From contig JAPSGB010000010.1 of assembly GCA_035063585.1 (NCBI GenBank), forward strand, positions 60,020 to 124,019: DNA of 64,000 nt, read 5' to 3'. The stretch comes from Polyangiaceae bacterium. GTDB taxonomy: Bacteria > Myxococcota_A > Polyangia > Polyangiales > Polyangiaceae. Positions 10,927-20,180 of this stretch are shown here, piece by piece (the first letter of the stretch is position 1; every line of letters begins with the position of its first letter). The position numbers were made by a program, and so were the translations under genes. Under the pieces are notes generated by a model. That model ran no database searches. It was not told the DNA's origin and saw only the letters and a program-made list of their open reading frames with translations.

Positions 10927-11609
10927 GCGACCCCCGCGCCCAGCTGGAGGAGCTGATGCGAGAGCCATCCGAACGTGTCGATGACGCCGGGCACGCTCTC
11001 CCACAACTCGTGGGCGAGCTCGGGGCCGAGCACGAGCACCGACAGCAACCAGCGCCCGCGCTTCGGGCTCACGCTGGCCGACCAGCGCGCGAGGCCCCCG
11101 AGCACGGCCGCGAGCAGCGCGACGTAGCCGACCACGGCGAGCAGGAGCGCGGCTCGGCGCCAGAGGAGCGGGCCGGCTCCGCTCGCCCCGAGCGCGACCC
11201 CGCACAGCACGAGCGCCGGCGTTCCGGTGACCACCGCGATTCGCCAGATGGTGGCGAGCAGACGCGCGAGCGAGAGCTCGCTCGGTCCATACCCGCGCCG
11301 GAGCGCCAGCCCCAGGACGCCGTCGGCGCGATCCTGCCCGGCGAGATCGCCGGCCGCGCCGAGCGCGGCGACCCCCGCCGCGCCGAAGCTGAGCCACGCC
11401 AAGCCGCGCAGCGCCACGGCGTCGAGCACGTCCTCGCCGCCGTGGCGGGCGACGATCGCCATGGGGAGCGCGAAGACCGGAATGATGAGGAGCCCAACGA
11501 AGCGGGCGAAGCGCATGCTCCGGAGCGAACGCAGGCGAGCGTCCGTGAGCGCGATGAGCGAAGCGAGCCGCACCTGAGTGAGTCTATGTGCGATAGAAGG
11601 ACGAGACAC
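10923..11609 (-). CDS. Multi-pass membrane protein, putative ABC-2 type permease
   Basis: Several TM segments and a DRADGVLGLALRRGY loop reminiscent of the ABC-2 E/D-x-x-x-G loop; start uncertain (11609-11687). Confidence 0.6.
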   Translation of the reverse strand: MSRPSIAHRLTQVRLASLIALTDARLRSLRSMRFARFVGLLIIPVFALPMAIVARHGGEDVLDAVALRGLAWLSFGAAGVAALGAAGDLAGQDRADGVLGLALRRGYGPSELSLARLLATIWRIAVVTGTPALVLCGVALGASGAGPLLWRRAALLLAVVGYVALLAAVLGGLARWSASVSPKRGRWLLSVLVLGPELAHELWESVPGVIDTFGWLSHQLLQLGAGVA

Positions 11610-11776
11610 GAGCGATTCGGCCGCGTGGTTCGGTCTCGCGCGAGCATAGCCCGCCTCATCGGCGCGCGGCGCCCCGTTCGACTCCACGGGCGGCCTCGGT
11701 TCGGCTACACTGAGGAGGAGCTCGCTCGCGCGGCGCGTCGCGTGTTCCGAGCGGACGTCGAGTCAGAGGAGGCCGC

Positions 11777-14263
11777 ATGCTTTCCAGCCGTATCGCCACC
11801 GCCCTGTTCGTCCTCGCCCTCGCCGCCGCGACGGAGGCCTGCGGCGGCGGAGCCGACTCCGCTCCGACCGGCTCCGGCGGCGCGGCCGGCGCTGCTGGTG
11901 CCGCGGGCGGCGGAGCCGGTGGAACCAGCGGCACCGGCGGAGGCGCTGCGGGCAGCGGGGGAGCGGGGGGTACGGCCGGCGCGGGCGGCGCGGCGCCCAC
12001 CCTCTGCTCGGATCCCGACGCCGACTCCGACAACATCAGCGACGCCGACGAGGGCCGAGACGACCCCGGCGGTCCTCGCGACACCGACGGTGACGGAACC
12101 CCCGACTACCTCGACGCGGACAGCGACGGCGACACCATCCCCGACCTGGTGGAGGCTGGAACGCGGTTCGCGTGCAGTCCGCCGCTCGACAGCGATGGCG
12201 ACGGCACGCCCAACCACCGCGATCTCGACAGTGACGACAACGGCATCCCCGATCGCGACGAGATCACGCCGGATGGCCAGCCCTACGATTCGACCGTCGG
12301 CCTGTCCGATCTGGACAAGGACGGCGATCCCGACTTCATCGACTCCGACAACGACGGCGACACCATCGGGGACGTGGACGAGCTCGTAAACGGCAAGCCC
12401 GTGGACACCGACCATGACGGGGTGCCGGACTTCAACGACTTCGACTCGGACGCGGACACCATCGGCGACGGATACGAAGGGATCGAAGACGCGGACGGCG
12501 ACGGGCTCCCGAATTTTCGCGATCCCGACAGCGACAACGACGGGGTTCCGGACGTGTGCGAGGCTGGTCCGAACCACGAGGTGAAGGAGCCGCCGGTCGA
12601 CACCGATCTCGACGCGAAGTACGATTTTCTCGACGTCGACTCCGACAACGACGGCTTGAAGGACGGGCAAGAAGACAAGAACGGCGACTGCGTGGTGAAC
12701 ATCGGTGAGACCGATCGCCTGCTTTCCGACACCGACGGCGACGGCGCCACGGATCTCATCGAGGTAAACCTCGACAGCGACCCGACCAACCAGTTCGACA
12801 CGCCCCAATCGCGAGGGAAATACTACTTCGTGATGCCGTATCGGCAGTCCCCGCAGCCCGCCCAGCAAGACGTGGTGCTGACCACCAACTTGAACAAGGG
12901 CGACATCGCCCTGGTCGTGGACACCACCGGCTCGATGGGGCCGGCCATCACGAACATCCAGCAGAACCTGACCGCGCTCGTCACCGACATCCGGAAGGAT
13001 GTGCCCGACGCTCGCTTCGGAGTGCTAGGACAGGACGACTACCCGCTGTCGCCCTATGGGGTTTCGGGGCAGCACCCCGTGTGGCTGCCGGGGGGCAACA
13101 GCGCGTTCCTCTCCGATCAGCTGAGTGACACGCTCGCGGCCGTTGGTGCGCTCACCACGACCGGCGGCGACGACTTCCCCGAGTCGCAGGTGACGGCGCT
13201 CTTCCGCGCGCTCGACAACGACCCCATCCTCTGGAGTGGCGGTGGCTCCGTCGCGCCGTTCAGCCTGCCCTCGGGCGGTTACGGTGGGCTCGGGTTCCGT
13301 GACGACGCGCTCGCCATCTTGATTTCGGTGACCGACGCGTCGTTTCACAATTCGAAATACGTCGACAAGACCACGCTCCATGACGCTTACGCGCCCACCT
13401 TGGGCGTTCAGCCCACCGTGGATGACCTGGTCTCCGAGATGAACGCCCACGGCGCGAAATTCATCGGGATCTCACTCGACAATGGCGGCCCGCAGCGCGT
13501 GACCAAGGATCCCTATCGCGACATGGCTTACATCTCGTCGGCCACGCGATCCTACGTCGAACCGTCGGCTTTCCCCGGCGGAGGCACCGACTGCTACACG
13601 GATCTCGGCGGGAACCCCATCGCCCCCGACCAGCGAGATCCGTCCCTGCCCTCGGGCGCGGCTCCCTCCCTCTGCCGGCTCATCTTCAGCGGCTACAACT
13701 CGACCTCCCCGAACGCGGGGCAAGGCGTCAGCACGACCGTGGGCTCGGGGATCAAGGCGCTCCTCAGGGGCATCAAGCTCGAGGTCCGTGTGGCTGCGGT
13801 GACGGCGCTCGGTCCGATCGCGTGCGATCCGGGCTCGGGTCCGGTCGCCGTCGATCCGATCGACGCGTTCCTCGCCGAGGACTATCAGGACCCCGACACC
13901 GGCTACATCGAGGTCAACGCCCCAGGTCAGGTGGAGGACCCAGCCGCGCCCGGTATGTTCTGCGAGACGATCGATCCGCTCACCTTGCGCGATTACTACA
14001 GCGGCGCTCGCGGCGTGATCGGCGGCCCACCGCCCATCGACGCGCCTGACACCTACAACGAGACGATCACCGGCGTCGTGCCGGGCATTCGCGTGTGCTT
14101 CAGGGTCGTCCCCAAGATGAACGAGCTCTGCCCGCAGAAGGCGGACGTACAGATCGTCACGGCGCAGCTCGTCGTCTACGCGCGCAATGAGGGGCAGGCC
14201 CAGGAACTCGTGGTGGGCCAGCCCCGCGACGTGTTCTTCGTCATTCCCCCGTCGTATCAGTGA
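11777..14263 (+). CDS. Lipoprotein with thrombospondin type-3-like Ca-binding repeats and a VWA domain (CglD-like adhesin)
   Basis: RBS GAGGAGG, signal peptide with TEAC-GGG, Gly linker, many DxDxDGxPD repeats, DIALVVDTTGSMG MIDAS-like motif, Cys-containing C-terminus. Confidence 0.8.
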   Translation: MLSSRIATALFVLALAAATEACGGGADSAPTGSGGAAGAAGAAGGGAGGTSGTGGGAAGSGGAGGTAGAGGAAPTLCSDPDADSDNISDADEGRDDPGGPRDTDGDGTPDYLDADSDGDTIPDLVEAGTRFACSPPLDSDGDGTPNHRDLDSDDNGIPDRDEITPDGQPYDSTVGLSDLDKDGDPDFIDSDNDGDTIGDVDELVNGKPVDTDHDGVPDFNDFDSDADTIGDGYEGIEDADGDGLPNFRDPDSDNDGVPDVCEAGPNHEVKEPPVDTDLDAKYDFLDVDSDNDGLKDGQEDKNGDCVVNIGETDRLLSDTDGDGATDLIEVNLDSDPTNQFDTPQSRGKYYFVMPYRQSPQPAQQDVVLTTNLNKGDIALVVDTTGSMGPAITNIQQNLTALVTDIRKDVPDARFGVLGQDDYPLSPYGVSGQHPVWLPGGNSAFLSDQLSDTLAAVGALTTTGGDDFPESQVTALFRALDNDPILWSGGGSVAPFSLPSGGYGGLGFRDDALAILISVTDASFHNSKYVDKTTLHDAYAPTLGVQPTVDDLVSEMNAHGAKFIGISLDNGGPQRVTKDPYRDMAYISSATRSYVEPSAFPGGGTDCYTDLGGNPIAPDQRDPSLPSGAAPSLCRLIFSGYNSTSPNAGQGVSTTVGSGIKALLRGIKLEVRVAAVTALGPIACDPGSGPVAVDPIDAFLAEDYQDPDTGYIEVNAPGQVEDPAAPGMFCETIDPLTLRDYYSGARGVIGGPPPIDAPDTYNETITGVVPGIRVCFRVVPKMNELCPQKADVQIVTAQLVVYARNEGQAQELVVGQPRDVFFVIPPSYQ

Positions 14264-15195
14264 GCGGGCCCGCCGGCGAGCGCCGCCTCGATGATCGGCT
14301 CGCCGGGCGAGAGGGCTCGCGCTCGGAGCAGCCACTCGCGCGCGTGCGCGTCGCCGAGCCCGTGGAGCGCGAGCGCCAGCGCGTAGACCGCCACGGGCTC
14401 CTCGGGTGACAGCTCGAGCGCCCGTTTCGCGGCACCCGCCGCGTGGCGGAGCCGCTGGGCCGAGAGCTCGGCGGTGGCGAGCCACGCCAGCGCTTCGGCG
14501 GCGACGCCGTCACGCCCGACCGCGAGCGGCGTGAGGAGCTCGACGGCGCGCTGGGTTCTTCCGTGACGCAGCTCGCTGCGCGCCGAGAGGATGATGAGGT
14601 GAGCGTCCGCAGGGAATCGCGCCACGCCCTCGCGCCCCGCCTGCTCGGCTTCTGGGACACGGCCGAGACGCAAGAGCGCCTCGGCGAGACCGGCGTATCC
14701 GGCTGGCTCGTCGGGAGCCACCTCGACCAGCCGCTTGAACTCGAGCCGCGCGCGGTCGAGCATCCCAGCATCGAAGAGGAGCCGCGCGAGGTTCAATCGC
14801 GCGGGCGAAAAGCCGGGGTCGACGCGGAGCGCCTCGCGATACCGCTCGGCGGCGAGATCTGGCCGATGTTCACGCTCTGCGAGCACGCCGAGCCCATGGT
14901 AGGGCTGCGCGACGTCCGGGTTGAGGCGCTCGGCCCGGTGGAGGAGCTGCCTCGCGCGATCGAAGTTGCCGCGCTCGAGCTCGACCAAGCCCTGGTTGAC
15001 GAGGGCCTCTACGAAGTGCGGGTTATACTCGAGGGCGAGCTCGAAGCGGGCCTCGGCGGTCTCGAGATCGCCCTCGGCGAGCGCCTCCACGCCCGCGCGG
15101 TTCAGCTCGATCGCCTTGGGCGGGAGCGGGGCGGCCCCCTTGCAGGCGGACAGGGACGCCACGAGGAGGACGAGCCACGCCGGGGACGACTTCAT
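14257..15195 (-). CDS. TPR-repeat lipoprotein
   Basis: MKSSPAWLVLLVASLSAC lipobox, repeated TPR motifs (ALEYNPHFVEALVNQG, ERLNPDVAQPYHGLG, ALRVDPGFSPARLNLA). Confidence 0.85.
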   Translation of the reverse strand: MKSSPAWLVLLVASLSACKGAAPLPPKAIELNRAGVEALAEGDLETAEARFELALEYNPHFVEALVNQGLVELERGNFDRARQLLHRAERLNPDVAQPYHGLGVLAEREHRPDLAAERYREALRVDPGFSPARLNLARLLFDAGMLDRARLEFKRLVEVAPDEPAGYAGLAEALLRLGRVPEAEQAGREGVARFPADAHLIILSARSELRHGRTQRAVELLTPLAVGRDGVAAEALAWLATAELSAQRLRHAAGAAKRALELSPEEPVAVYALALALHGLGDAHAREWLLRARALSPGEPIIEAALAGGPAH

Positions 15196-15339
15196 GGTGA
15201 GAGCGGTCGGCTCGGCGCTCTGGCCGGTTGCGCCGATTCTGACGGCCCGCGGGCTCGGTCGCGCGCGCACGCCCGCGGCAAAACCACGGTCGGCCGAGAT
15301 CGGGTTGCGCGGCGGCCCTGAGCCGACGAGACTCCCGCC

Positions 15340-16266
15340 ATGCCGAAGACCCCGGCCGACGAGCCCGCGAAGGACGAGCCCGCGAAGGACGAGCCCGCGA
15401 AGGACGAGCCCGCGAAGGACGAGCCCGCGAAGGACGAGCCCGCGAAGGACGAGCCCGCGAAGGACGAGCCCGCGAAGGACGAGCCGCGGCGAGAGGTCGT
15501 GAGCGCGAGCGAGCAGGCGCCCAAGGGGCCGGCTCAGCGGAAGGCGCGCGCAGAAGAAGACGAAGAAGACGAAGAAGACGAAGAAGACGAAGAAGACGAA
15601 GAAGAAGCCGCGGCGCCGCCTCCGCGTCGCGCAGCGGCTCGCCCGAGCCGGCCGTCGCGTCCGCGCCGCGCGGCGGCTCGTCCGGCAGCGACCCCGCGAG
15701 CCCCAGCGAAGACCGAAAAGGAGATCGACGCGCCCAGCCTGCAGACCTTGGGTCTGCTCGGTGCGCTCGCGCTGGTCGTGCTGATCCTGTGGGGCGCGGC
15801 GCGCTTCGCGTGCAACGCTCACCCTCCTCAGACGCTCACTCCCCGTGCGCTCTCGGTGGAGGAGCTCGCGCGCGACCCAAAGGACGCCGCCATCGAGCTC
15901 GAGCTGCGCTGGGCGAGCGGCCAGTACGACCAGGCTGCCCAGCTCGCGAGCGGTGAGGTCGCCGCCGAGCTCGCCAAGGCTCGTCAGGCCTGCGCGGCCG
16001 ACAAGAGCGCCTGCGAGTCCAAGCAGAAGGCGCTCGAAGGCAAGGTGCTCGTCACGGCCGCGGTCTTGTCGCGAGACGCATCGGGCGCCATCGTCCGAGT
16101 CACCAGCGAGGGCGGTGCCGACGGAAGGCGCACGTACCTGATGCGGCTCGTCCAGGACGGGCGCGTGTACAAGGTCACCTCGCGCGAGCTCGTCTCCGAG
16201 GGTGCGGCTCCGCCCGCTCCCGGACCGGCCTCGGCGGCGCCGGCGCCGAGCGGCTCGGCCCCCTGA
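15340..16266 (+). CDS. Membrane protein with low-complexity N-terminus (DEPAK repeats, acidic and Arg-rich tracts)
   Basis: 308-aa ORF with a single TM helix (LGLLGALALVVLILWGAARFAC) and a C-terminal globular domain. Confidence 0.75.
   Translation: MPKTPADEPAKDEPAKDEPAKDEPAKDEPAKDEPAKDEPAKDEPAKDEPRREVVSASEQAPKGPAQRKARAEEDEEDEEDEEDEEDEEEAAAPPPRRAAARPSRPSRPRRAAARPAATPRAPAKTEKEIDAPSLQTLGLLGALALVVLILWGAARFACNAHPPQTLTPRALSVEELARDPKDAAIELELRWASGQYDQAAQLASGEVAAELAKARQACAADKSACESKQKALEGKVLVTAAVLSRDASGAIVRVTSEGGADGRRTYLMRLVQDGRVYKVTSRELVSEGAAPPAPGPASAAPAPSGSAP
15358..15477 (+). repeat. Perfect 15-bp tandem repeat x8 (GACGAGCCCGCGAAG = DEPAK)
   Basis: Directly visible. Confidence 0.97.
15553..15597 (+). 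repeat. 9-bp tandem repeat x5 (GAAGAAGAC = EED)
   Basis: Directly visible. Confidence 0.95.
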
Positions 16267-16269
16267 GCG

Positions 16270-16842
16270 TCAAAGCCGCGTCGCGCCGACCTCGTCGAGC
16301 CAGCGCTCGAGCTCGGCCTTGCTCGGCCCTCCGGTCGCTACGCGCCGGACGTGGCCGGTGTCGTCGACCAGGATGAAGGTCGGGAGCAGCGTGATGTCGT
16401 AGCTCTTCGCGAAGCTGCCGTCGTCGTGGAGGACGTCATACGGGATCCCCCACGCTCGCTTCACCGCCTGCGCGCGCGCCGCGGTGTCGTCGACGCTGAC
16501 GCCCACGAATCGCACCGCGCGCGCTCGCTTCGCCTGGGAGACCTCCTCGAGCGTGGGTGCGGACTGGCGGCAGACCCCGCACCAGCTCGCGAACACCTCG
16601 ACCAGCACCGGCGTTCCACGCTGGGCGGAGAGCTGGAAGCTCTCGCCCGTCTGGGCGTTCGGCAGCGTGAAATCCTTGGCAGCGACGCCCTCGGTCGGCC
16701 CCGAGCTCCGCCGCGAGAGCATCATCGCGACCGCGACGGCCGCGGCGAAGAAGAGGACATACTTGAGCTGGCGGCCGAGCTCGCTGCGCCGCGGCGGCCG
16801 AGGGGGCTCCGTCGTCGCGGCGTCTTCGTCTCGCTCACTCAC
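16270..16842 (-). CDS. TlpA/ResA-like membrane-anchored thioredoxin
   Basis: TM anchor, DFTLP, FASWCGVC, VGVSVDD, LPTFILVDDTG; GTGA overlap with the anti-sigma gene. Confidence 0.9.
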   Translation of the reverse strand: MSERDEDAATTEPPRPPRRSELGRQLKYVLFFAAAVAVAMMLSRRSSGPTEGVAAKDFTLPNAQTGESFQLSAQRGTPVLVEVFASWCGVCRQSAPTLEEVSQAKRARAVRFVGVSVDDTAARAQAVKRAWGIPYDVLHDDGSFAKSYDITLLPTFILVDDTGHVRRVATGGPSKAELERWLDEVGATRL

Positions 16843-17543
16843 GGCGCGAGCCATCGCCGACCCACGAAGAAGCCGAGAACCGCCATCGAGATCACCACGA
16901 GCCCGTGCGCGAGCCAGAGATGCCAGACCTCGACCGTCGGGCAGGCCACGCCGACCGCGGCGGCGCCCGCCAAGCCGCCGACCAACCCCGCGAGCGCGCC
17001 GGACAGCCCGGGTGAGAGCGGATCGGTTCCGCGCCACACCAGCAGCATCCCGACCGAGGCGACCGCCCCGATGAGGATCGCGTGCACGCCGCAGTCGAGC
17101 GCGCGGTGGACGTGGTCCGGGTGGAGGAAGGTCGCGAACGGCAGCCGACCAGCACCCGACCAGGCGAGCCACGCGAGGAAGGCGACCGGCACGCCACCCG
17201 CGATGACGAGGCGCCAGGCCCGTGAGATACGCCTGCCCGGGGGGCGCGCGAGTCCGACGAAGAGGACCGCCGCCTGCACGACGCCCCACCCGATCGCGCC
17301 GAAGAGCGCCGCGCGCACCGCGCCGTCGGTGCGGGTGTGGCTGAAGGCGAGGTAGGTGAGGAGGCCGAGCGCCAACCCCGAGATCAGCATCGACAAGAGC
17401 AGCCGTTTCCCGGCGCTCGAGCCGCGGCTGCACTTCAAGTCCTTGGTGCACTCGGCGCGGATCGCCTCCGAGACGCCTCGGCTCGGACCGATCGGTTCGG
17501 GCCAGGGGAGCTCATCCGCGCGGTCATCGAGCTCGCCGCTCAT
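16839..17543 (-). CDS. NrsF/DUF1109-family membrane anti-sigma factor
   Basis: About six TM helices, C-terminal GALAGLVGG..ACP....HLWLAH, conserved Cys; ATGA overlap with the ECF sigma gene. Confidence 0.75.
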   Translation of the reverse strand: MSGELDDRADELPWPEPIGPSRGVSEAIRAECTKDLKCSRGSSAGKRLLLSMLISGLALGLLTYLAFSHTRTDGAVRAALFGAIGWGVVQAAVLFVGLARPPGRRISRAWRLVIAGGVPVAFLAWLAWSGAGRLPFATFLHPDHVHRALDCGVHAILIGAVASVGMLLVWRGTDPLSPGLSGALAGLVGGLAGAAAVGVACPTVEVWHLWLAHGLVVISMAVLGFFVGRRWLAP

Positions 17544-18157
17544 GGGCTTCCCCTCCGAAACTGCTCGAGCTGCCGCCGGAGCTGCTCATAGCCCCGGTGC
17601 ACGCGCAGCTTCACGGCCGTTGGGGTGGTGCCGAGCAGGTCCGCCGCCTCCATGACCGAGAGCCCGGTCACCTTGGTGAGTTGGATCGCCTCACGGTAAG
17701 CCTCGGGGAGCGCGTCCATCGCGCGCTCGAGCGCCACCGAGACGTCGAGGGGCACGCCGTCCTCGACGACGGCCGGCTCGGGCAAGGTGCCGTCGGCGCT
17801 CAGGTTCTCGTTCCGGCTGCTGCTCGCGCGCCGCTCGTCGTAGAACGACCGCCGCGCGATCGCCAGGATCCACGGCAGCACCGGCGCACCCCGCAGGTAG
17901 CGGGCGCGGGCGCGGTGAACCTTCGTGAAGGTGATCTGGAGGAGATCCTCCGCGCGTTCTCGGTTCCTGGTGAGCCTCATGAGATAGCCGAAGAGCTTGG
18001 TAGCCAGCCGCTCGTAAAGGGCGTCGAAGGAGGCGGCGTCGCCGTCGACATACCGCTCCATCAGCTCCTCGACGCTGAGCTCGGCGGCTCGGCTCCCTCG
18101 CTCCGCGTCCACGCTCGACAATCCAATCCGGTCCAGTCGCTCGGAGCTACTGGCCAA
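17540..18157 (-). CDS. ECF RNA polymerase sigma factor
   Basis: GDAASFDALY, AEDLLQITF, WILAIARR (region 2); LPEAYREAI, EAADLLG, VKLRVHRG (region 4). Confidence 0.93.
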   Translation of the reverse strand: MASSSERLDRIGLSSVDAERGSRAAELSVEELMERYVDGDAASFDALYERLATKLFGYLMRLTRNRERAEDLLQITFTKVHRARARYLRGAPVLPWILAIARRSFYDERRASSSRNENLSADGTLPEPAVVEDGVPLDVSVALERAMDALPEAYREAIQLTKVTGLSVMEAADLLGTTPTAVKLRVHRGYEQLRRQLEQFRRGSP

Positions 18158-18215
18158 GGCGCGGGAGCGCTCGGACGGTCACGGCGGCGCCGCCGCGGCC
18201 GTCCACTCCCACTGA

Positions 18216-18241
18216 TACGCGCGGGCGCGCCTCGCGGTTTC
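18216..18241 (-). promoter_or_regulatory. Putative ECF-dependent autoregulatory promoter GAAACC-N16-CGTA
   Basis: Minus strand GAAACC gcgaggcgcgcccgcg CGTA about 60 bp upstream of the sigma gene; typical ECF AAC/CGT architecture. Confidence 0.6.
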
Positions 18242-18274
18242 CCGGAGGCGCGCCCGAAATGCGCGACAAGCTCG

Positions 18275-19126
18275 TCAAATCTTCCCGAGGTCCAGCATCT
18301 CCTCGACGTCCGGCATGAGCACGAGCTCGACGCGCCGGTTCTGCTGGCGCCCTGCGTCGGTGGAGTTGTCCGCTACCGGGTCGGTGTCCCCGTACCCGGC
18401 CGCGTGGAGCTTCGAGGCGTCGAGCCCTCCGCCGCCCTCTTTGGCGTCCGGAGCGTCGATGAGGAAGACGAGCACCGACCGGGCGCGCATGGCCGAGAGC
18501 CCCCAGTTGTCCTTGAACGGGCCGCCCTTGAGCGGCTTGTTGTCGGTGTGGCCGGCGACCTGGAAGTACCGGCTCGCGAGCTGAGCGTCCGCCTTGATGA
18601 CGTCGGCTACCTGCTTCAGGACGTTCAGGCCCTCGTCACGCAGTTTGTCCGAGCCCGACGCGAAGAGCACGTCGCCCGGGAGCGAGATCACCATGCGATT
18701 ATGCCGCACCTCGACCTTCAGTCCGAGCTGGGTGAGCTTCTGCAGCTTCGATTTCAGGAGCTCGAAGCGCTGCTTGATGCGCTCGAGCTGGGCGGCGCGA
18801 GCCTTGTACTCCTCGAGCGCCTGCTTTAGCTGATCGAGGCTCGCCGAGAGCTTCTCCTTCTCGGTGCCGGTCGCCTGGAGCTGCGCGTTCAGGTTCTCGA
18901 GATCCACGCCCATCCGCTTGAGCTGAGCGCTCAGGTCGGAGACCTGCTTCTTGACCTTGTCGAGCTCCGCGCGCGTCGCGGCGTGCGCGTCCTTCTCTTG
19001 CTGGTACTGGTTGTTCAGCTGCCCGTATTTCGCCAGCTGCGCCTGCCATTCCTCCTCGGAGTAGCCGCAGCCCGAGAAGACGACTCCCATGGCCAGGCTG
19101 GCCAGCACCATCAACGCTCTACGCAC
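18275..19126 (-). CDS. OmpA/MotB-family peptidoglycan-binding lipoprotein with long coiled coil
   Basis: VFSGC lipobox, coiled coil, LPGDVLFASGS, AGHTD, NWGLSAMRA, AAGYG, NRRVE; RBS AGGAGG. Confidence 0.92.
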   Translation of the reverse strand: MRRALMVLASLAMGVVFSGCGYSEEEWQAQLAKYGQLNNQYQQEKDAHAATRAELDKVKKQVSDLSAQLKRMGVDLENLNAQLQATGTEKEKLSASLDQLKQALEEYKARAAQLERIKQRFELLKSKLQKLTQLGLKVEVRHNRMVISLPGDVLFASGSDKLRDEGLNVLKQVADVIKADAQLASRYFQVAGHTDNKPLKGGPFKDNWGLSAMRARSVLVFLIDAPDAKEGGGGLDASKLHAAGYGDTDPVADNSTDAGRQQNRRVELVLMPDVEEMLDLGKI

Positions 19127-19433
19127 GACGACCTCCTAGTGGCGCGGCGGGTAGGCCGGGAAATGGGCCACCAGCGCACCGTCGAGGCGGGAAGCTTGGC
19201 GCACCCGAGCCCGCGAGCGCAAGCGAGAGCTTCCGCTCGGGCCTCCGCGTCGGCCGAGCGTCGCGCCTGACATTTCGGGGGATGGCTCGGGGGTTTGTCG
19301 GCTCGGCGCGGAATCACGATGACGCAGCGCGTTATCGAGCGGCCCGCCCGTGTCGGCTCGCGCGCCGCCGCGCGGCGATACCCAAGTGTCGTCCGCGAAA
19401 GGTGGTAGAGGAGCGCGCGAGCTCAGCGCGGTC

Positions 19434-20180
19434 ATGGAATCGGTGCTTCGTCTCGAGATCCTTCCGCAGCCGGACGACTCCACCTGCGGGCCGACCTGTC
19501 TGCACGCGGTCTATCGTTATTACGGCGAGCAAGTCGGCCTCGAGCAGGTCATCGCGGCGACCCGGCGGCTGGAGAACGGCGGCACGCTCGGCGTGCTGCT
19601 CGGTAGCCAGGCGCTCGCGCGCGGCTATCGCGTCACCATCTACACGTATAACCTCACCGTCTTCGACCCGACCTGGTTCACCCGCGCGGACGTCGATCTC
19701 GTGGAGCGGCTCGAGTCGCAGATCGCGATCAAGTCGGACGATGAGCGGCTGGTGTTCGCGTCGCGCGCCTATATCGATTTCCTGCGCCAGGGCGGCCAGC
19801 TCCGCTTCGAAGATCTCACGAGCTCCTTGATCCGGCGCTTCCTCAAGCGAGGCGCGCCGATCCTCACCGGCCTCAGCGCGACGTATCTCTATCGCACCCC
19901 GCGTGAGCGCGGCGAGGAGGTGTCGATCTTCGACGACCTCCGCGGGACGCCGATGGGCCACTTCGTGGTGCTCTGCGGGTACCACGTAGGCGATCGGAAC
20001 GTGCTCGTCGCCGACCCGTGGCCAGCGAACCCCGTCTCGGGCAGCCACCAGTACTGGGTCGGGATGGACCGGCTGGTGAACTCGATCCTGCTCGGCATCA
20101 TCACCTACGACGCGAACCTCGTCATCATCGAACCCTACGGGAGAGGCGTTGAACATGCGGGCGCTGATCGTCGTCAATAG
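19434..20180 (+). CDS. Peptidase C39-like (papain-fold) protein
   Basis: QPDDSTCGPTC (Gln/Cys), GHFVVLCGY (His), VADP (Asp); no signal peptide. Confidence 0.85.
   Translation: MESVLRLEILPQPDDSTCGPTCLHAVYRYYGEQVGLEQVIAATRRLENGGTLGVLLGSQALARGYRVTIYTYNLTVFDPTWFTRADVDLVERLESQIAIKSDDERLVFASRAYIDFLRQGGQLRFEDLTSSLIRRFLKRGAPILTGLSATYLYRTPRERGEEVSIFDDLRGTPMGHFVVLCGYHVGDRNVLVADPWPANPVSGSHQYWVGMDRLVNSILLGIITYDANLVIIEPYGRGVEHAGADRRQ

Noticed and set aside
15358..15477. Tandem repeats as a possible CRISPR array
   Set aside because: Contiguous in-frame 15-bp units with no spacers, inside a CDS, and no cas genes
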